The notes beneath the pieces are model-generated. The model was not told where the DNA came from, did not search any database, and worked only from the letters and a program-made list of their open reading frames with translations. From the human T2T-CHM13v2.0 reference genome, Homo sapiens, in NCBI RefSeq assembly GCF_009914755.1, contig NC_060931.1: a stretch of 64,000 nt of DNA, one strand, 5' to 3'. Positions 32,218 through 46,224 of this stretch are shown here, one piece after another. Made by a program: the position numbers and the translations under genes. How positions within the stretch are numbered: position 1 is the first letter of the stretch; every line of letters starts with the position of its first letter.

Positions 32218-32971
32218 GAATAACAGACATTAAAGGTTCTTATCAAGTCACTTAAGTTATTTTATTCTACCTCCTTTGTGTCTACTTTTAACCCATTTTG
32301 GTATTCTCAGTTTCTCAGTTCTTGAAATTGAGATATAAAAAATAATGTGTAGATTAAAGGACTTTAGGGTAAATTATGTTGTGAGTCAGAAAATACTCTT
32401 TCCTCCTGTATTTTCTTATAATATCATTGCCTATCTCTGGTCATTTTCTGTCTCTAGTCTCTTAAGTGTAGTTATCTGAAATATTTTTAATTTCTTAGGC
32501 TTCTAATTTTAAATTAATGCAAATAATGAAAATTCCTAGTCACAGTTATGTGGTGTTGACCCATTTCAGTGTCCTTTTGGATATGGGGAATTAAGTGGAA
32601 ACTGGAGACAGCAGGAGCTAATAGCAAATAACTTGGGTGGGAACAATAAAGAATGATTTGTTCATCCTGCCCTGGTGAAGGTATAGTTCAGAGAACTTTC
32701 CAGCATCTAAGAATAATAAAAATAGAAGCTGTAAGAAATTCTGCTTCATAATTATTTTCCTGTGTCTTCAATCATTTCACAACTTTGTTTTCCAATTTAA
32801 ACTTTAAGTGGTAATTGCAGTCTGCATGTTTATAAATTTTTAATTGTATAGCATATTAGTACTTGTCTTCTTTAAAAATAATGCCATAAAGAATTTGTCA
32901 CTTGGAAGTTTTTCCCCAAATATAACAGAGCTGTAGCAATTGTGTTTATTTACAATTAAGGATTCCCTAGG

Positions 32972-33378
32972 GCAGTGGTTTTCAACATCAGAATCATCAA
33001 GAGGGATTTTAAAAAGTTTTTTAATTTTTATTTTAGGTTCAGGGATACATGTCCAGGTTTGTTATATAGGTAAACTCATGACTTGGGGGTTTGGTGTATA
33101 GGTTATTTCATCACCTGGGTACTAAGCATAGTACCTGATAGTTTTTTGTTTTTTTTCTGAACCTCTCCCTCCTTTGAACCTCCTCCCTCAAGTAGGCCCT
33201 AGTGTCTGTTGTTCTCCTCTCTGTTCAAGAGGGATTTTTAAAACATAGGTTTTGGGGCCTCACTCTTGTATTTCTGATTCTGTAACTCTGGAGTGGGGCC
33301 TGAGAGTTTGCATTTCTAACAAATTCCAAGGTGACGCTAGTACTACTGGTCCTGAAATCATACTTTGAGAACCACTGC
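32972..33378. mobile_element. MER5A-type hAT DNA transposon interrupted by a short antisense L1P 3' fragment (about 33015-33224)
   Basis: Termini cagtggttttcaa and tttgagaaccactg. The L1 piece is flanked by the TSD tcaagagggatttt. Confidence 0.8.
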
Positions 33379-33527
33379 AATAATATGATACTGATCTGAG
33401 AAGTCTGAGATAGGGCTAAATCTAATCTGTGCTGAATGAATACTGAGTTGCTTGTATTTCAAGCAGAGTTATACCTATTTGATGGGTACCAGCAATGACC
33501 ATTTAATGTAGTGTCTTCTTTTCATAG

Positions 33528-33584
33528 ATTGGAGCATATGATCAACAAATATGGGAAAAATCTGTTGAACAGAGAGAAATCAAG
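33528..33584 (+). CDS. PHTF2: PHTF2 coding exon (57 nt, phase 0-0): IGAYDQQIWEKSVEQREIK
   Basis: Acceptor tcttcttttcatag and donor gtaagg. The translation matches the recalled PHTF2/PHTF1 N-terminal sequence. Confidence 0.95.
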
Positions 33585-33901
33585 GTAAGGAGTTTATTTC
33601 ATTTTGTTTATTTTGAAACATAGTTCTATGAATTATTAATTACATTTTCTGTAGTGTTTTTTAATATACTTTTAAGATATAAATTACTATTCTATTGAAG
33701 CTTTTAAAGAAAGAAGTAAACTTTATTTACCATAGTCACGTTTACTCCTGATGTTGGTTTTTTCTTTTTATCATCTTTCTGTTCTTTTAAAATTGAATTT
33801 CTAATGACTATTTTTTTGTCAGCTTTTTTCCCCTTTCACTTGTCACCTTATACTTCTAGTTTGCTTTTTCTCCCTTTTGATGCTGTCATTGCTCTGTACA
33901 G

Positions 33902-33913
33902 TTTATTAAACTG
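33902..33913 (+). CDS. PHTF2: PHTF2 12-nt in-frame microexon: FIKL
   Basis: gctctgtacag|TTTATTAAACTG|gtaagt with a long pyrimidine tract upstream and a consensus donor. Phase 0-0 fits between EIK and GLRNK. I recall PHTF2 isoforms reading EIKFIKLGLRNK. Confidence 0.85.
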
Positions 33914-34469
33914 GTAAGTGTTTCAGGATTTTTCCCGCCTGAGTGATCCTGTGCAAATGCTGGTCTGCTTAATTGAGATCTGCTTTTTGGTGCTACTAAC
34001 AGATTGACTTGGACTCGAAAAGAGTCACTGAAAAGTTGGTCATTTTAAAAAAGAAGTTAGGACAGTAAAGCACTAATTAAAATGTTTTTGTAGTAGGCAT
34101 TTTCTTCCTGAACATGTAATCATGTCTCTTATGCTGATAAAATATTCTCATAGATTACCTTGCTAGCATGAAAACTGTTTTTCAACTGAATTTATTGTTT
34201 CCCAGCACTCTTTATTGGTAATAAGATTTATATTTTTTCATTTGCATAGATACTAATCAGTGTGTTTTTGCACGAGCTAAATTTAATCTGGGCACAGACA
34301 GTATTACTTTAGTTACTTGACATTTTCTATTTTGTATAGAAAAGTTTTCATTAGATTGAAAACCAGTGTCTGTAGTTACTAAAGATCAGTCCAAAAATTT
34401 GTTAATGTTTAGACTACTTAGTCACTTGTAATAAAGAGCAAGATTCTTTCCCATTTGGCAATTATAATC

Positions 34470-35390
34470 TCTAAACTTTTGAGGAAGGATTAATACATTT
34501 AACAAAGTTGTGGTATGCGTTAAATATAGGATTAAGTCCTGGGACAGAAAGATAAAATAGATTATAGTTTTGTAGGGGAGATGCATAATTACACATGAGA
34601 TAAATTCCTTTAAGAGAGGCATGTCTAAAACTCTATAGAAGAGCGAGAGGGGAGACAAGCCTGGGGAGGTTGGGAAAGATTTCATAGAGGAAGTGGTTCA
34701 TTAACTCAAGGAAGACATTTCAGACAGATGAAGAGCAGATGGAAATATATGTAAAGGATGGAAGAAACATGATTGAGGCAGGACTCCCCAAGGAGTTTGA
34801 TTTGATAATAGGTTGGATAGAGGAAGGAGACTAGTGTCATTAGGAGTAAAACTAGAAAGGAAAATGGAAGTCAGATTATGAAGGGGCTTGAATGCCTTGC
34901 CAAAGAATTTAGACATAATCTGGAAAACAACAGGGGAGATATTGGAAGATTTTAAGCAGAAGATTATATTTTGACAAATGTACACAGGCAGCACTAAGGA
35001 TGATAGGAAATACTGGAAGAAGAGCACATTTAGAATTCTGTTATAGAAATATCTATTTGGTACTTGGGAGGGACATTTGAGAGTTCTCAGTTTATAAAGT
35101 GTGAATATGTATAGGTATGTGTTTGTATGTGATACATACATACATATATAAAACATTATATAGATATAGCTATAGGAATGAGTAGATTTCTGTTGAATGA
35201 TGAAATAAAAGGACTGAGAACAGAGCATTGGGAAATAACTAACATTTAATGGGTAGGTAAATAAAGAGATGCAAGTAAAGAAGGAAAGAGAAGTAGGAGA
35301 TCCATGAGAAAATAGTATGGAGAGAGTATGAAGAAGAGTTGGGATAGTCAAGCAAATAAAGAGCAGCAGAGAGGTCTAGTAAGATGCCAT
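34470..35390 (+). mobile_element. Ancient L2 LINE remnant
   Basis: Purine-rich L2-like sequence (ttggaagattttaagcag, cagagcattgggaaataactaacattta). Explains ORF 34701..35351. Confidence 0.6.
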
Positions 35391-35799
35391 AATACCTTTT
35401 ATCCTCTTTGACAGTTAGAAAGCCTTTAACTCATTAGACAGGAGATATAAGTACCTTGAGAGGTTATGTTATCAGGTTGACACATTTGGAATTTAAAAGC
35501 CTCAGAAAAAATATATATAAATAATTTTTTTAGTTTTTGGAAGCTATTCACAAATTACTATTTGTATTCACAAATTACTACATTACTTATGTAACCTCCT
35601 CTTTTTTAAAAGAACTCTTTTAAATCCTAAATGTATGTTAGGGTGAGGAAGGATTATATTAGTTACTACTTGGTGCTACTAACAGGATGATCTTAGGGAA
35701 AGTTAGGACCTACAACTTCTTTCTGAAGTGTGTCTCCCTTTAAAGATGATACCTTGTAATAGTAATTGAAGAATTAAAAACATAAAAACTTGCTCTTTT

Positions 35800-35911
35800 G
35801 GCAGGTCTGAAGGTAGCAAGTTATCTCGATCGTTCACAGACAGTTATAGATCAGATGAAGTCCTTGTTTCACTCTTTCCTTCTTTCCCACTATTGCACTT
35901 GACTAGTCTTT
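35800..35911 (+). pseudogene. Y1 RNA (RNY1-derived) retropseudogene
   Basis: ggcaggtctgaaggtag...ttcacagacagtta...gcacttgactagtcttt aligns to recalled hY1 end to end. Followed by an A-rich tail and a degenerate TSD (aaaacttgctct / aaaagttgttct). Confidence 0.9.
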
Positions 35912-36059
35912 AAAAATAAAGATAAAAATGAGACAAAATTAAAGAAAAGTTGTTCTCATTATTTTTTTTTCCTTTTGGGGTGATAAAAACATTTCTAAAA
36001 CTAGATAGTGGTAATGATTGCACAATATTGTGGATGTACTTAGAACCACTGAATTATAG

Positions 36060-36480
36060 ATTTTTATTGTTTCCTTTTTGTTTGTACAAAGTCATGGGGT
36101 ACATGTGCAATTTTGTTGCATGCATAGCTTGCGTAGCAGTCAAGTCAGAGCTTTTGGGGTATCCATCACATGAATAATGTACACACTACCCATTAATCAA
36201 TTTATCTGGCTCACACCTGAAATCCCAACACTTTAGGAGGCCCAGGTGGGAGGATTGCTTTAGTCCAGGAGTTAAGACCAGCTTGGGCAACAAAGTGAGA
36301 CACTATCTCTAAAAAAAAAATTATTTTTCTTAATTAGCTGGGACATACCTGCAGTCCCACCTACTTGAGAGGCTGAACCAGGAGGATCACTTGAGCCCAG
36401 GAGTTCGAGGCTGTAGTGAGCCATGATCACACCACTGCACTCCAGCCTGGGCAACAGAGTGAGACTTTGTCTCTAAAAAA
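36060..36480. mobile_element. Antisense L1 3' fragment (about 36060-36205) followed by a sense Alu (about 36207-36480)
   Basis: atggggtacatgtgcaattttgttgcatgcatag (L1 end), then Alu consensus. Confidence 0.8.
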
Positions 36481-37664
36481 TACATACATACATAAATAAT
36501 AAACTTATCATCCTCCCTACTCTTGTTATTTTTAATTAAAAGGATCAATTTGTTAACAAGCCTAAAAGCACATTTCATTTTTACTAAACATTCTAGTGGA
36601 GGCAAATTATGGTGTAAAATAATTCCGTATTTATTCTAAGGAAGTTAGAGAGGTACGTAACTGTGGTGTATTAATGTTAATATTTGATTAAGAAAAAAAC
36701 ACTCTACCTGTTGTTTAGAGAACAGTGTACCAAATGTATTGAGTTTGTCCAATGTAATTGATTCTTTCATTAGTTGTCAAAGCAGTGAGCAGCTACTAGA
36801 GAAATCAAAGACATGAAAATATATTTTTTGGAAATGTTTATTTTTCAATTAAAGACCCAGAGTTGATATTGCTAAAGCGTAAAACCTTTTGTAAGTTGCG
36901 AATTATTTTTCCATAACCATTTTAGAAATTATAACTAAAAACTTTGATTTTTTCTGATTACCGTGACCAAAATTTAAAAGTAAATTTGGAAGTTTTTCCT
37001 GTTTTACTGTCTCCTAGACTTTTAAAGCTTCTTAAAAGACTAGACTTAAAAAGCTTATAAAGTCATTACAGAGAAAAAGGGGGTGGGGGAACTAAACAAG
37101 ATTTCTAGAAAATGAAACTGTTTATGTACTTTGATGGAGTCTAGATATTAACAATACACAGAAGTCTAGATAACTGAACAGAAGCACTTTCTAAACTTAA
37201 ACAGCCCATTTCATTTTTTTTTTTTTTTTTTTGGCCCAACATTATCTGTGTACTTAGAGAGTTTTTTTTAAATAAAAAACTTTATACTACTGTGTTTGAG
37301 TCATTTCACTATAGGAACATACTATAAGAGTTTAAATTATATTTAATAAATAAAATATTTTTATTATTGGATATTAATTGCATTTGTGGTGCTTGTTTCT
37401 ACTTTCTAGTTTGTGCATAAATTAGTAGTTTTAAAAATCTCATTTTTTAAAGAAAATGTTACTTTTCATTTTTTATTTGTTCATTTAAACTGTTTAACAG
37501 TTCTTGATAGTACTGAAAGCTATGCTACTTTGTGTGAATGTGGTTTACCCCAAGCCAATTGAAAATTTTCCAGTGTAAAATAGCTACTTAATTAAAATCA
37601 GATGTTATGAATGTTATATCTTGATGCTTTCTTTTATTTTTGTGAATAAAATAATTATAGATTT

Positions 37665-37902
37665 GATCGCAACTCACTGCATCCTCTGCCTCCCAGGTTC
37701 AAGCGATTCTCCTGCCTCAGCCTCCCAAGTAGCTGGTATTACAGGCGCCCGCTACCACGCCTGACTAATTTTTGTATTTTTAATAGAGATGGAGTTTCAC
37801 CATGTTGGCTAGGCTGGTCTTGAACTCCTGACCTCAGGTGATCCTGCCCACCTCAGCCTCTCAAAGTGCTGAGATTACAGGCGTGAACCACCTTACCTGG
37901 CC
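37665..37902 (-). mobile_element. Alu (S-like) lacking its 3' end and tail
   Basis: Begins at ctcactgcatcctctgcctcccagg. Confidence 0.88.
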
Positions 37903-38494
37903 TTCTGTTTTTTTTTTTTTTCTTTTTAAACCTTTAAATTATCTTGATAGGCTACCTTAGAGGGAAAATTTTATTGAAACTGGCTATTAGGGTGTGGCTC
38001 TACAATATAGCTCAAAATAAATATATTTTAATAGAATATAAAATTGGAAATGAACCCCAAATAAACAAGGTCGATTAGAAGAAGCATGTTGAAAAACAGT
38101 AGTTGCACATATCAAGACAACTTACTGTTTCTCCTGTAGGGACTTTTGATTCTTAAAACAATCTTGATAAAAATTTTAGGTATACAGCAATAAATTAGGA
38201 TTCAGATTAGTCAGAAGACATTGGCAATAAGGTTACTTTCAAGTTGTTAGGGAAGCAATTTATAAAAAACAAGTAAATTAAAATGTGTTACTGTTTTCAA
38301 ATATTTTTACAGTAATAAAGGTAAAATCTTACTGTAATAAACAATACTAAATCCAAATAGTGCTTTATTAATGAAGTTTTGTTTAAATATATGTATTATT
38401 ACAGTTGCTTCTCCAATTTGCAAAATCTTGGGAATGATTTCTAATCCATCAGCCGCTTTATAGTGACATTAAAATCAGAAATAATGTACAGATA

Positions 38495-39409
38495 CAGCCC
38501 ATACTCATTATTTGGGGTAGCTATGTTCTATAAAGTCACCCATGAACACTGAATTAGTGCATACTGAACCATTGCTGCCTGGGGAAGTACCTTGTTTTAT
38601 GTGTGTTTCTGTTTAAAGACACCTTATTTAATATATATTTTTGATTCATTAACAATTCATGGCCAACAGCACTGTAAATCATATCTGAACAGAGGTTATC
38701 TTTATTTATTTATTTATTTATTTTATTTTATATTGTTTGGGACAGAGTCTTACTTTGTCGCCAGGCTGGAGTGCAATGGTGTGACCTTGGTTTATGGCAA
38801 CCTCCAACCCCTGGGTTCAAACAGTTCTCCTTGCTTCAGCCTCCCCAAGTTGCTGGGATTACAGGCGAGTGCCACCATGCCCAGCTAATTTTTTGTATTT
38901 TTAGTAGAGACGGGGTTTCACCATGTTGGCCAGGCTGTTCTCAAACTCCTGGCCTCAAGTGATCCGCCCACCTTGGCCCCCGCAAAGTGCTGGGATTAAA
39001 GGCGTGAGCCACTGTGCCTGGGTGAACAGAGGTTATCTAACACATTTTCTCTGTAAGACACATCACAGCATTCTTGCACTTAGGAACACGAGACACTGTT
39101 TTAAGCACTATACTTGAGGGCCATCTTGAACAACAGGATTGCCAACAAAAAGCACAAAAATGTGAAAAACATAACAAATAAAGGACACTGTTTACAGTAA
39201 TCAGAGCTGAAACAGGAAGGTTAAAGCATCACCTTGTTCGACCTCAGCTGAGAACATGCACGTTGGGTGACTCAATTTTTTTTTTTTCACTCCATGCGTG
39301 TCTGCAAATTAGGGCAAAAGCACCGTGAACGTTGATTTGGGGGTACAAAGAAATTTTACCAAGTAGGTGTGTTTGCAATTATGGAATCTGAGAATATGAG
39401 GATCGACTA
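38495..39409. mobile_element. MER82-like TcMar-Tigger element with an Alu inserted
   Basis: ctcattattt...tatgttctataaagtc...gaacactgaattag at the left end and atgaggatcgact at the right end. Confidence 0.7.
38702..39021 (-). mobile_element. Alu inside the MER82-like element
   Basis: TSD tgaacagaggttatct. Confidence 0.9.
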
Positions 39410-40631
39410 TATATAAAATTATCATTGCTATTTCTTTAACTTTTACCCTGTCTCCTTCATTTTTGTTTTTGCATCTCTGGGTGGTTTGCAACTTCAGCCA
39501 GAACTATTTGAAGGGATTCAAAGATTAATTGCATATTGGTTTCAGGGCGCATTTTTGGTTTAGACACCTCAGTTAATTCTGACCTCAAATATGGTTCTCT
39601 TCTTTGTTTTAGATTCAAACAGAATACTTAATCAGATTTTTACTTTGATGGGGGGTGTCATTGTTACTTGGATTAGGACCAAAGACAGGATTTACTGCAC
39701 AGTTACTTGCTTAATTGAATGAATAAAAACCAAATCATCTAAACACTTGTGTCATCTCGCAGTAATTGGCTCCTGAAGAGTTTAGCTTAAGCTCTTGCAG
39801 TTCTTTTTGTTTGTTTTCTCTTTTTTATTTTTATTTTTGTTAGCTCTTCCAATTCTTAACATTCTAGTCTTAAGTAATAATTTACTTTGTTATAGGTTTT
39901 TTTTTCACTAGTTTTGATCTACACCCCCCACTCCACTCTGTATACTGATAGCAGAAACTTAATTTTACTCAGTGTTCAATAATTTCAAGTTTAAATGAAT
40001 TCAGTTTATGACAACTGCCTCTCCCTCCTCCCCTTCCTGGTTATGGTGTCTAAGTTTTGAGGTGATGAGGTGGCATTTATGGTCTGATGAGGGGTTGACA
40101 TGTGAACATAATGGCAACCATCATCCTTGAGTAGTGCATTGTCCTCCCTGGGTCTCAGCTGATTGGCGTCTGCTGAGAAGTCTGCATCCTTTCTGGTCCT
40201 CAGCTGTGTGATTTACTGCTTTCTGAAATAATGCCTCCAGCACCACACCTTGAGGTTCCTTCAGGGCTGCTGCTCCCCTAGCTAGCCTCAACGCTCTCCA
40301 AATGCCAATATGGGGCCAATATAGTTCCCTCTACACCTAAAGCTGTACACCTAAATTTGCTTGGTAGTAATAGTATTTGTAGTAGAATTTTACTGTTGGT
40401 AATAAACCGGCCTGGCATGTTACACACATCTCTAAATATATCTTTTTGAACAATAATAAAATTTATTACAATACTGTAATTGTGTTCTGTTTGTAACAAA
40501 TGCATAATGTGTTACATTTTGTTGGTACTATTAACAATTTTATTTTAAATTGAAAGCTTTAGAAATTGATTTTCTCCTGTTCTAGATTTAAGTATATATA
40601 CAATTCCAATGCTTCTTTTGATATATTATAG

Positions 40632-40701
40632 GGGCTAAGGAATAAACCAAAGAAAACAGCACATGTGAAACCAGACCTCATAGATGTTGATCTTGTAAGA
40701 G
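40632..40701 (+). CDS. PHTF2: PHTF2 coding exon (70 nt, phase 0-1): GLRNKPKKTAHVKPDLIDVDLVR(G)
   Basis: ttatag acceptor and gtgagt donor. The frame continues from the previous exon. Confidence 0.95.
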
Positions 40702-40778
40702 GTGAGTCTGATAAATAAATGCTTAATACAAGTAGACATTGTTCTGGAAGAAACAGAATTCAAAATAGGTTTAAATAT

Positions 40779-41174
40779 TGTATTAGGCTGTTTTGCATTG
40801 CTATAAAGAAATACTTGAGATTGGGTAATTTATAAGAAAAGAGGCTTAATTGGTTCATGGTTCTGCAGGCTGTACAGAAATCACAGCACCAGCACCTGCT
40901 TCTGGGGTAGGAAGCTTTACCCATGGCAGAAGGCAAGCGGGACCAGGCACATCACATGGCCAGAGCAGGAGCCAGAGAGTGGTAGTGGGGAGGTGCCACA
41001 CACTTTTAAATCACCAGATCTCCTGAGAACTCACTCACTATCTCAAGGACAGCCTCAAGCCATGAGGGCTTCACCCTTATGGCCCGTATACCTCCCATGA
41101 GGCCCTGCCTCCAGCATTGGAGATTACAATTCAATATCAGATTTGAATGGGGACTGATATTCCAAACTATATCA
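40779..41174. mobile_element. MST (MaLR) solo LTR, about 78 bp downstream of a coding exon
   Basis: tgtattaggctgttttgcattgctataaagaaatac...tccaaactatatca with a 5-bp TSD-like aatat/gatat. Confidence 0.85.
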
Positions 41175-41259
41175 GATATCTATCTGTCTGTCTATCTTTT
41201 TAGAAATAAAAACATTGTGAACCTTGATGAAGACAAGAATAGTATTAAAAAGAGAGAAT

Positions 41260-41418
41260 GGGACCAGGTACAATGGCTCACACCTATAATCCCAGCACTT
41301 TGGGAAGCTGAAGGCAGAAGGATCTCTTGAACCCAGGAGTTTGACACCACCCTGGGCAGCAGAGTGAGATCCTATCTCAACAAACAAACAAACAAACAAA
41401 CAAACAAAACCAAAAAAC
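41260..41418 (+). mobile_element. FLAM-like Alu monomer with an (aaac)n tail
   Basis: Single sense monomer. Confidence 0.85.
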
Positions 41419-41646
41419 AATTAAAGTGGTGATTTGTAATTCCTAACTAGAACTGACATTTGAATATTGTTCTATATTTATAAAATATGTGGGAGAAATT
41501 CTGTTATTTCAAAAAATGTTTTTTTCAAAATATTTAAAGTATCTATAAATTGGACATTTCTCACTCATAGTATAATACAGAATAAAATTATGTGGTGATG
41601 TTTTTCAAACATTGAAATTTTTTTCTTTAAAGAAATTAAAGAATAA

Positions 41647-41856
<210 letters not shown>

Positions 41857-44360
41857 TGATTTTTGCTTTTACTTTTCAGAATGTTACATTGTTAGGTTTA
41901 ATAAGTCTTTGTTTTAAACATATGCTAACTACTACTGAGTATGATGTATAAGTATGTTAATAAAGGCACATAATTGATTTGGTATTAAAAATATTTGAGA
42001 AAACAAAGCAGTTATTTTTCAGTATAATTTTATGAATATTTGAATCTATAGATGGCTAAAGAAAAATAGAAATCGAGAAGATTTTTTAAAATTAGAAAAA
42101 AAACCTCATCAAAATGCATCTTCCACACATACATACATACCAGTCTTTTAAAAATACAACCTATACAAGTTTATTATTCCTGCCATAGGTATAGTTTCTT
42201 TTTTCTGTGCCTTTTACCACCGTGATGTGAGCTGTCCTTATACTTTATCAAAATTCTGTATACCGTGCACTCTGCTAGGTGCTTTCTAGATTCTCATTTC
42301 ATTCTCACATCAACCTGATGAAGTACAGGGACTGTTACTATGCTTCGCTTATAGACGTGGGACCTGAAAGACCTGAGTGCCCAACGCCACATAGTCATCA
42401 AGTATGGTAGAGCCCAGATTCAATTCTAAGCATTCTGATCCCAGAACCACACACTTAACCGCTCTTATGGTGCCTCCTAAAACAACATTCTAGTGCATAG
42501 TCTTAGCAGCAGTATATAACACAACATGTATAACATTGTAGAGCATTTAGAAACTAAAGAAGAAACTATTCATATTCCATCACGTGAACAAAGCCGTTAT
42601 TTTCATTTGGTTCATGTCCTTTCAGTCTTTTTAATATGTGATTAAAAAAAAAAACCATGATTACAATCCTGAATGATTATTTAAATTTGTTTTATCAACA
42701 GATTCTAAGAGATACTTTTTAAATAAATGAAAATATAATAAAAACTGCAGACTGTTATTTAGATAAAGTTGTTTCTTCTAAGCCAGGTTACATCTTATAT
42801 ACATAAAAGGGTGTGGACTATGATAATTTTGTGGTTTGTTGTTATTAGAATGTGTGTATGTGTTTTCTGATTAAAGATATAATAATATTTTCATGGCAGG
42901 AAATTTGGAAAATGTAGAAAAAGCTAAAGAAAAAAAGAACTACCCATCATCTTGCCTTTAAATTTATAATACTTTTTAAATAGTTGAGATTATTTTATAT
43001 GAACAGCTACATTTTTTTTTACCTAATGTCATAATATCAAAGTCTTTGTAAATATAACTTCTAAGTTACTAGAAAATATCTTGTCCTACTTCAATATTGG
43101 GCAGTTAAGCTGATTGCTATTTTTTGCTATTATAATTACTGCTGAAGTGATCATATTTGCTTATCAGTATTTTCTAGTTATAGTGATCATAATTTTTATC
43201 ATTTTCTTGTTTTCTTCTCAAAAGGACTTAAGAGAGCTTAATTTAAGTATAGTTATCTTCAAAGGTTTTCTGGCTTACCTAGATGAGAAAACTTTATTTG
43301 AATGTGGTCAGAAATTGCAATAGTTTATTAGAGTAATTCAGTACCATTGATTGTACATCACAGTGCATTGTGCTTTTTAAGATATTGCTGCTTTCTAGTA
43401 TTCCACGACAAACAAGTTTCCAATGTAACTAAAAGTTCACTGACATTGTATAATTATATTGTGTCTGAAATTTACTTACTGGTTCCTCTAAGTTAAATAG
43501 GGAACACGGGTTAGATTGGGCATTAAATGAGATATTTTTAAGTTCAGAATCCAAGTTTAATCATAAGGCCCTTATGATGAACACTAAACATTCTCCTAGT
43601 AAAGCTTAGTTAGAGAAATGACTTAACCTTCTTAAAGTCACACAGCTAGTGCCAAAGTCATGATGTGACTCTGATGACCCTCGGCAGGCTGCCATTACCT
43701 TTGAAAACCACTGTATGTCTGTCTCCATTGCAGCACCCTGTGGAAAAGCAGGGTGCTGCAGTGCTCTGAGTTATGTCCTCATTCTTGTTCGCACTTCTTG
43801 AAAGGCAGAAAGAATCAAATGCAGTCAGATTTGGTTTTATATAACTATGTATAGTTTTTTTTATTTCAATTACATGCTTTTTAAGTATCTCAGCTATGTA
43901 TTCTCAGCTCTATCCCCATTTCTGCATGTCTTGGTTGCCTAGTTTCTTGCCAAGATTACTGCCAGGAAACCTCATATCATCTTCTACTTTCTGTCCATTT
44001 ACCTATTAAATGACAAATTCAAACCAGCTGCTTAAGATCTAAATTTCTTCACTAGTTATCATTGCTTTCAAGATGCAATCTGAGTTTTCAAATCCCTCCT
44101 TGAATTTCTATCCCACCTTAACCAGGCTAAACTAGCTCTTTGCTGTTTCTTAAACATTCCATGCTTTTTTGCCTATGTGTCTTTGGACATGCAACTCCCT
44201 TTGCGTGGGGTAGCCCTTTTCCCTTTTGTTTAGTCAATCCTCTATGTTCTCTCAAATTTAGATTAGACATCAGACATCACTTTCTTGAAGAATCCTTTCG
44301 TAACTCCCCAATGTAGTTACATATCTTTCTTATGTATATTATAGCAGTTAATCATAAGTG

Positions 44361-44770
44361 TTATATTAGTCACCTTGGGCTACCATAACAAAATACCACA
44401 GATTGGGTGGCTTATACAACAAAATTTATTTTTTCACCATTCTGAGGGGTGGAAGTGCAAGAGTGAGGCAATGTCAGAGTTGGTGTCTGATGAGGCTTCT
44501 CTGACTTGTAGATGTCCACCTTCTTGCTGTGTCTTCACAGGGCCTTTCTTGTGTGTGTGAGTGGAGAGAGAGAGTACTCTGGTATCTCTGCCTCTTCATA
44601 TAAAGACAAGAGTCGTATCAGTTTAAGGCCTTACACTTACGAATCTGTTTAACCTTTACTACCTCCTTATAGGCCCTGTCTCCAAACGTAGTCACATTGT
44701 GGGTTAGGGCTTCATTCAGCATATGCATTTGTGTGGGGAGGATGAAAGGAGCACAGTTTAGTTCATAACA
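44361..44770. mobile_element. MLT1A-type MaLR LTR
   Basis: gggctaccataacaaaataccacagattgggtggctta...gtcacattgtgggttagggcttca. Confidence 0.8.
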
Positions 44771-44814
44771 GGTATTTTCATTGTTTCTTTATATGTCTCT
44801 TCTTTCCTGTAAAC

Positions 44815-45033
44815 CAAGCTTGTCCAACCCATGGCCCATAGGCCACATGCAGCCCAGGATGGCTTTGAATGTGGCCCAACCCAGGTTCATAAACTTTCTT
44901 AAAACCTTATGAGATTTTTTTTAATTTTTTTAAAGCTTATCAGCTATCGTTAGTGTTAGTGTATTTTATGTGTGGCCCCAGACATTTCTTCTTGCAGTGA
45001 GGCCCAGGGAAGCCAAAAGATTGGATACCCCTG
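44815..45033 (-). mobile_element. MER30 hAT DNA transposon
   Basis: Termini caagcttgtccaacc and ttggatacccctg, with an 8-bp TSD-like ctgtaaac/gtctaaac. Confidence 0.85.
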
Positions 45034-45139
45034 GTCTAAACCAAGGGATAGGGAGCGGAGACTGTGTCTTGTCTTTTTTTCTGCATTGCCTAATTGCCAC
45101 TGAATCTTAAAGATTAACAGTCCTAAAAATGGAAGATAA

Positions 45140-45722
<583 letters not shown>

Positions 45723-45915
45723 TACTCCTAGAGTTCCCCTTGCCCAGTACGTGAAGTCCTGCCTTTGAAATATTTGTGCCCAACAACATTCTGTCTTAGT
45801 TGATCTCCAGCAGAAATCTCTAGCAGCACTGTCTAGTTCGTAGGACTTCATTAAATGCTCAAAAAGTATAACTCAGCATTATATAAAATAAGTGAATGTT
45901 TTCTCTATATATCTT

Positions 45916-46224
<309 letters not shown>

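Noticed and set aside
34701-35351. 216-aa ORF, the longest in the track
   Set aside because: It lies on the pyrimidine-rich strand of an L2 relic, has biased F/L/S/I/Y composition and no recognisable domain.
35545-35580. Short tandem duplication tattcacaaattacta x2
   Set aside because: Ordinary slippage duplication with no further structure.
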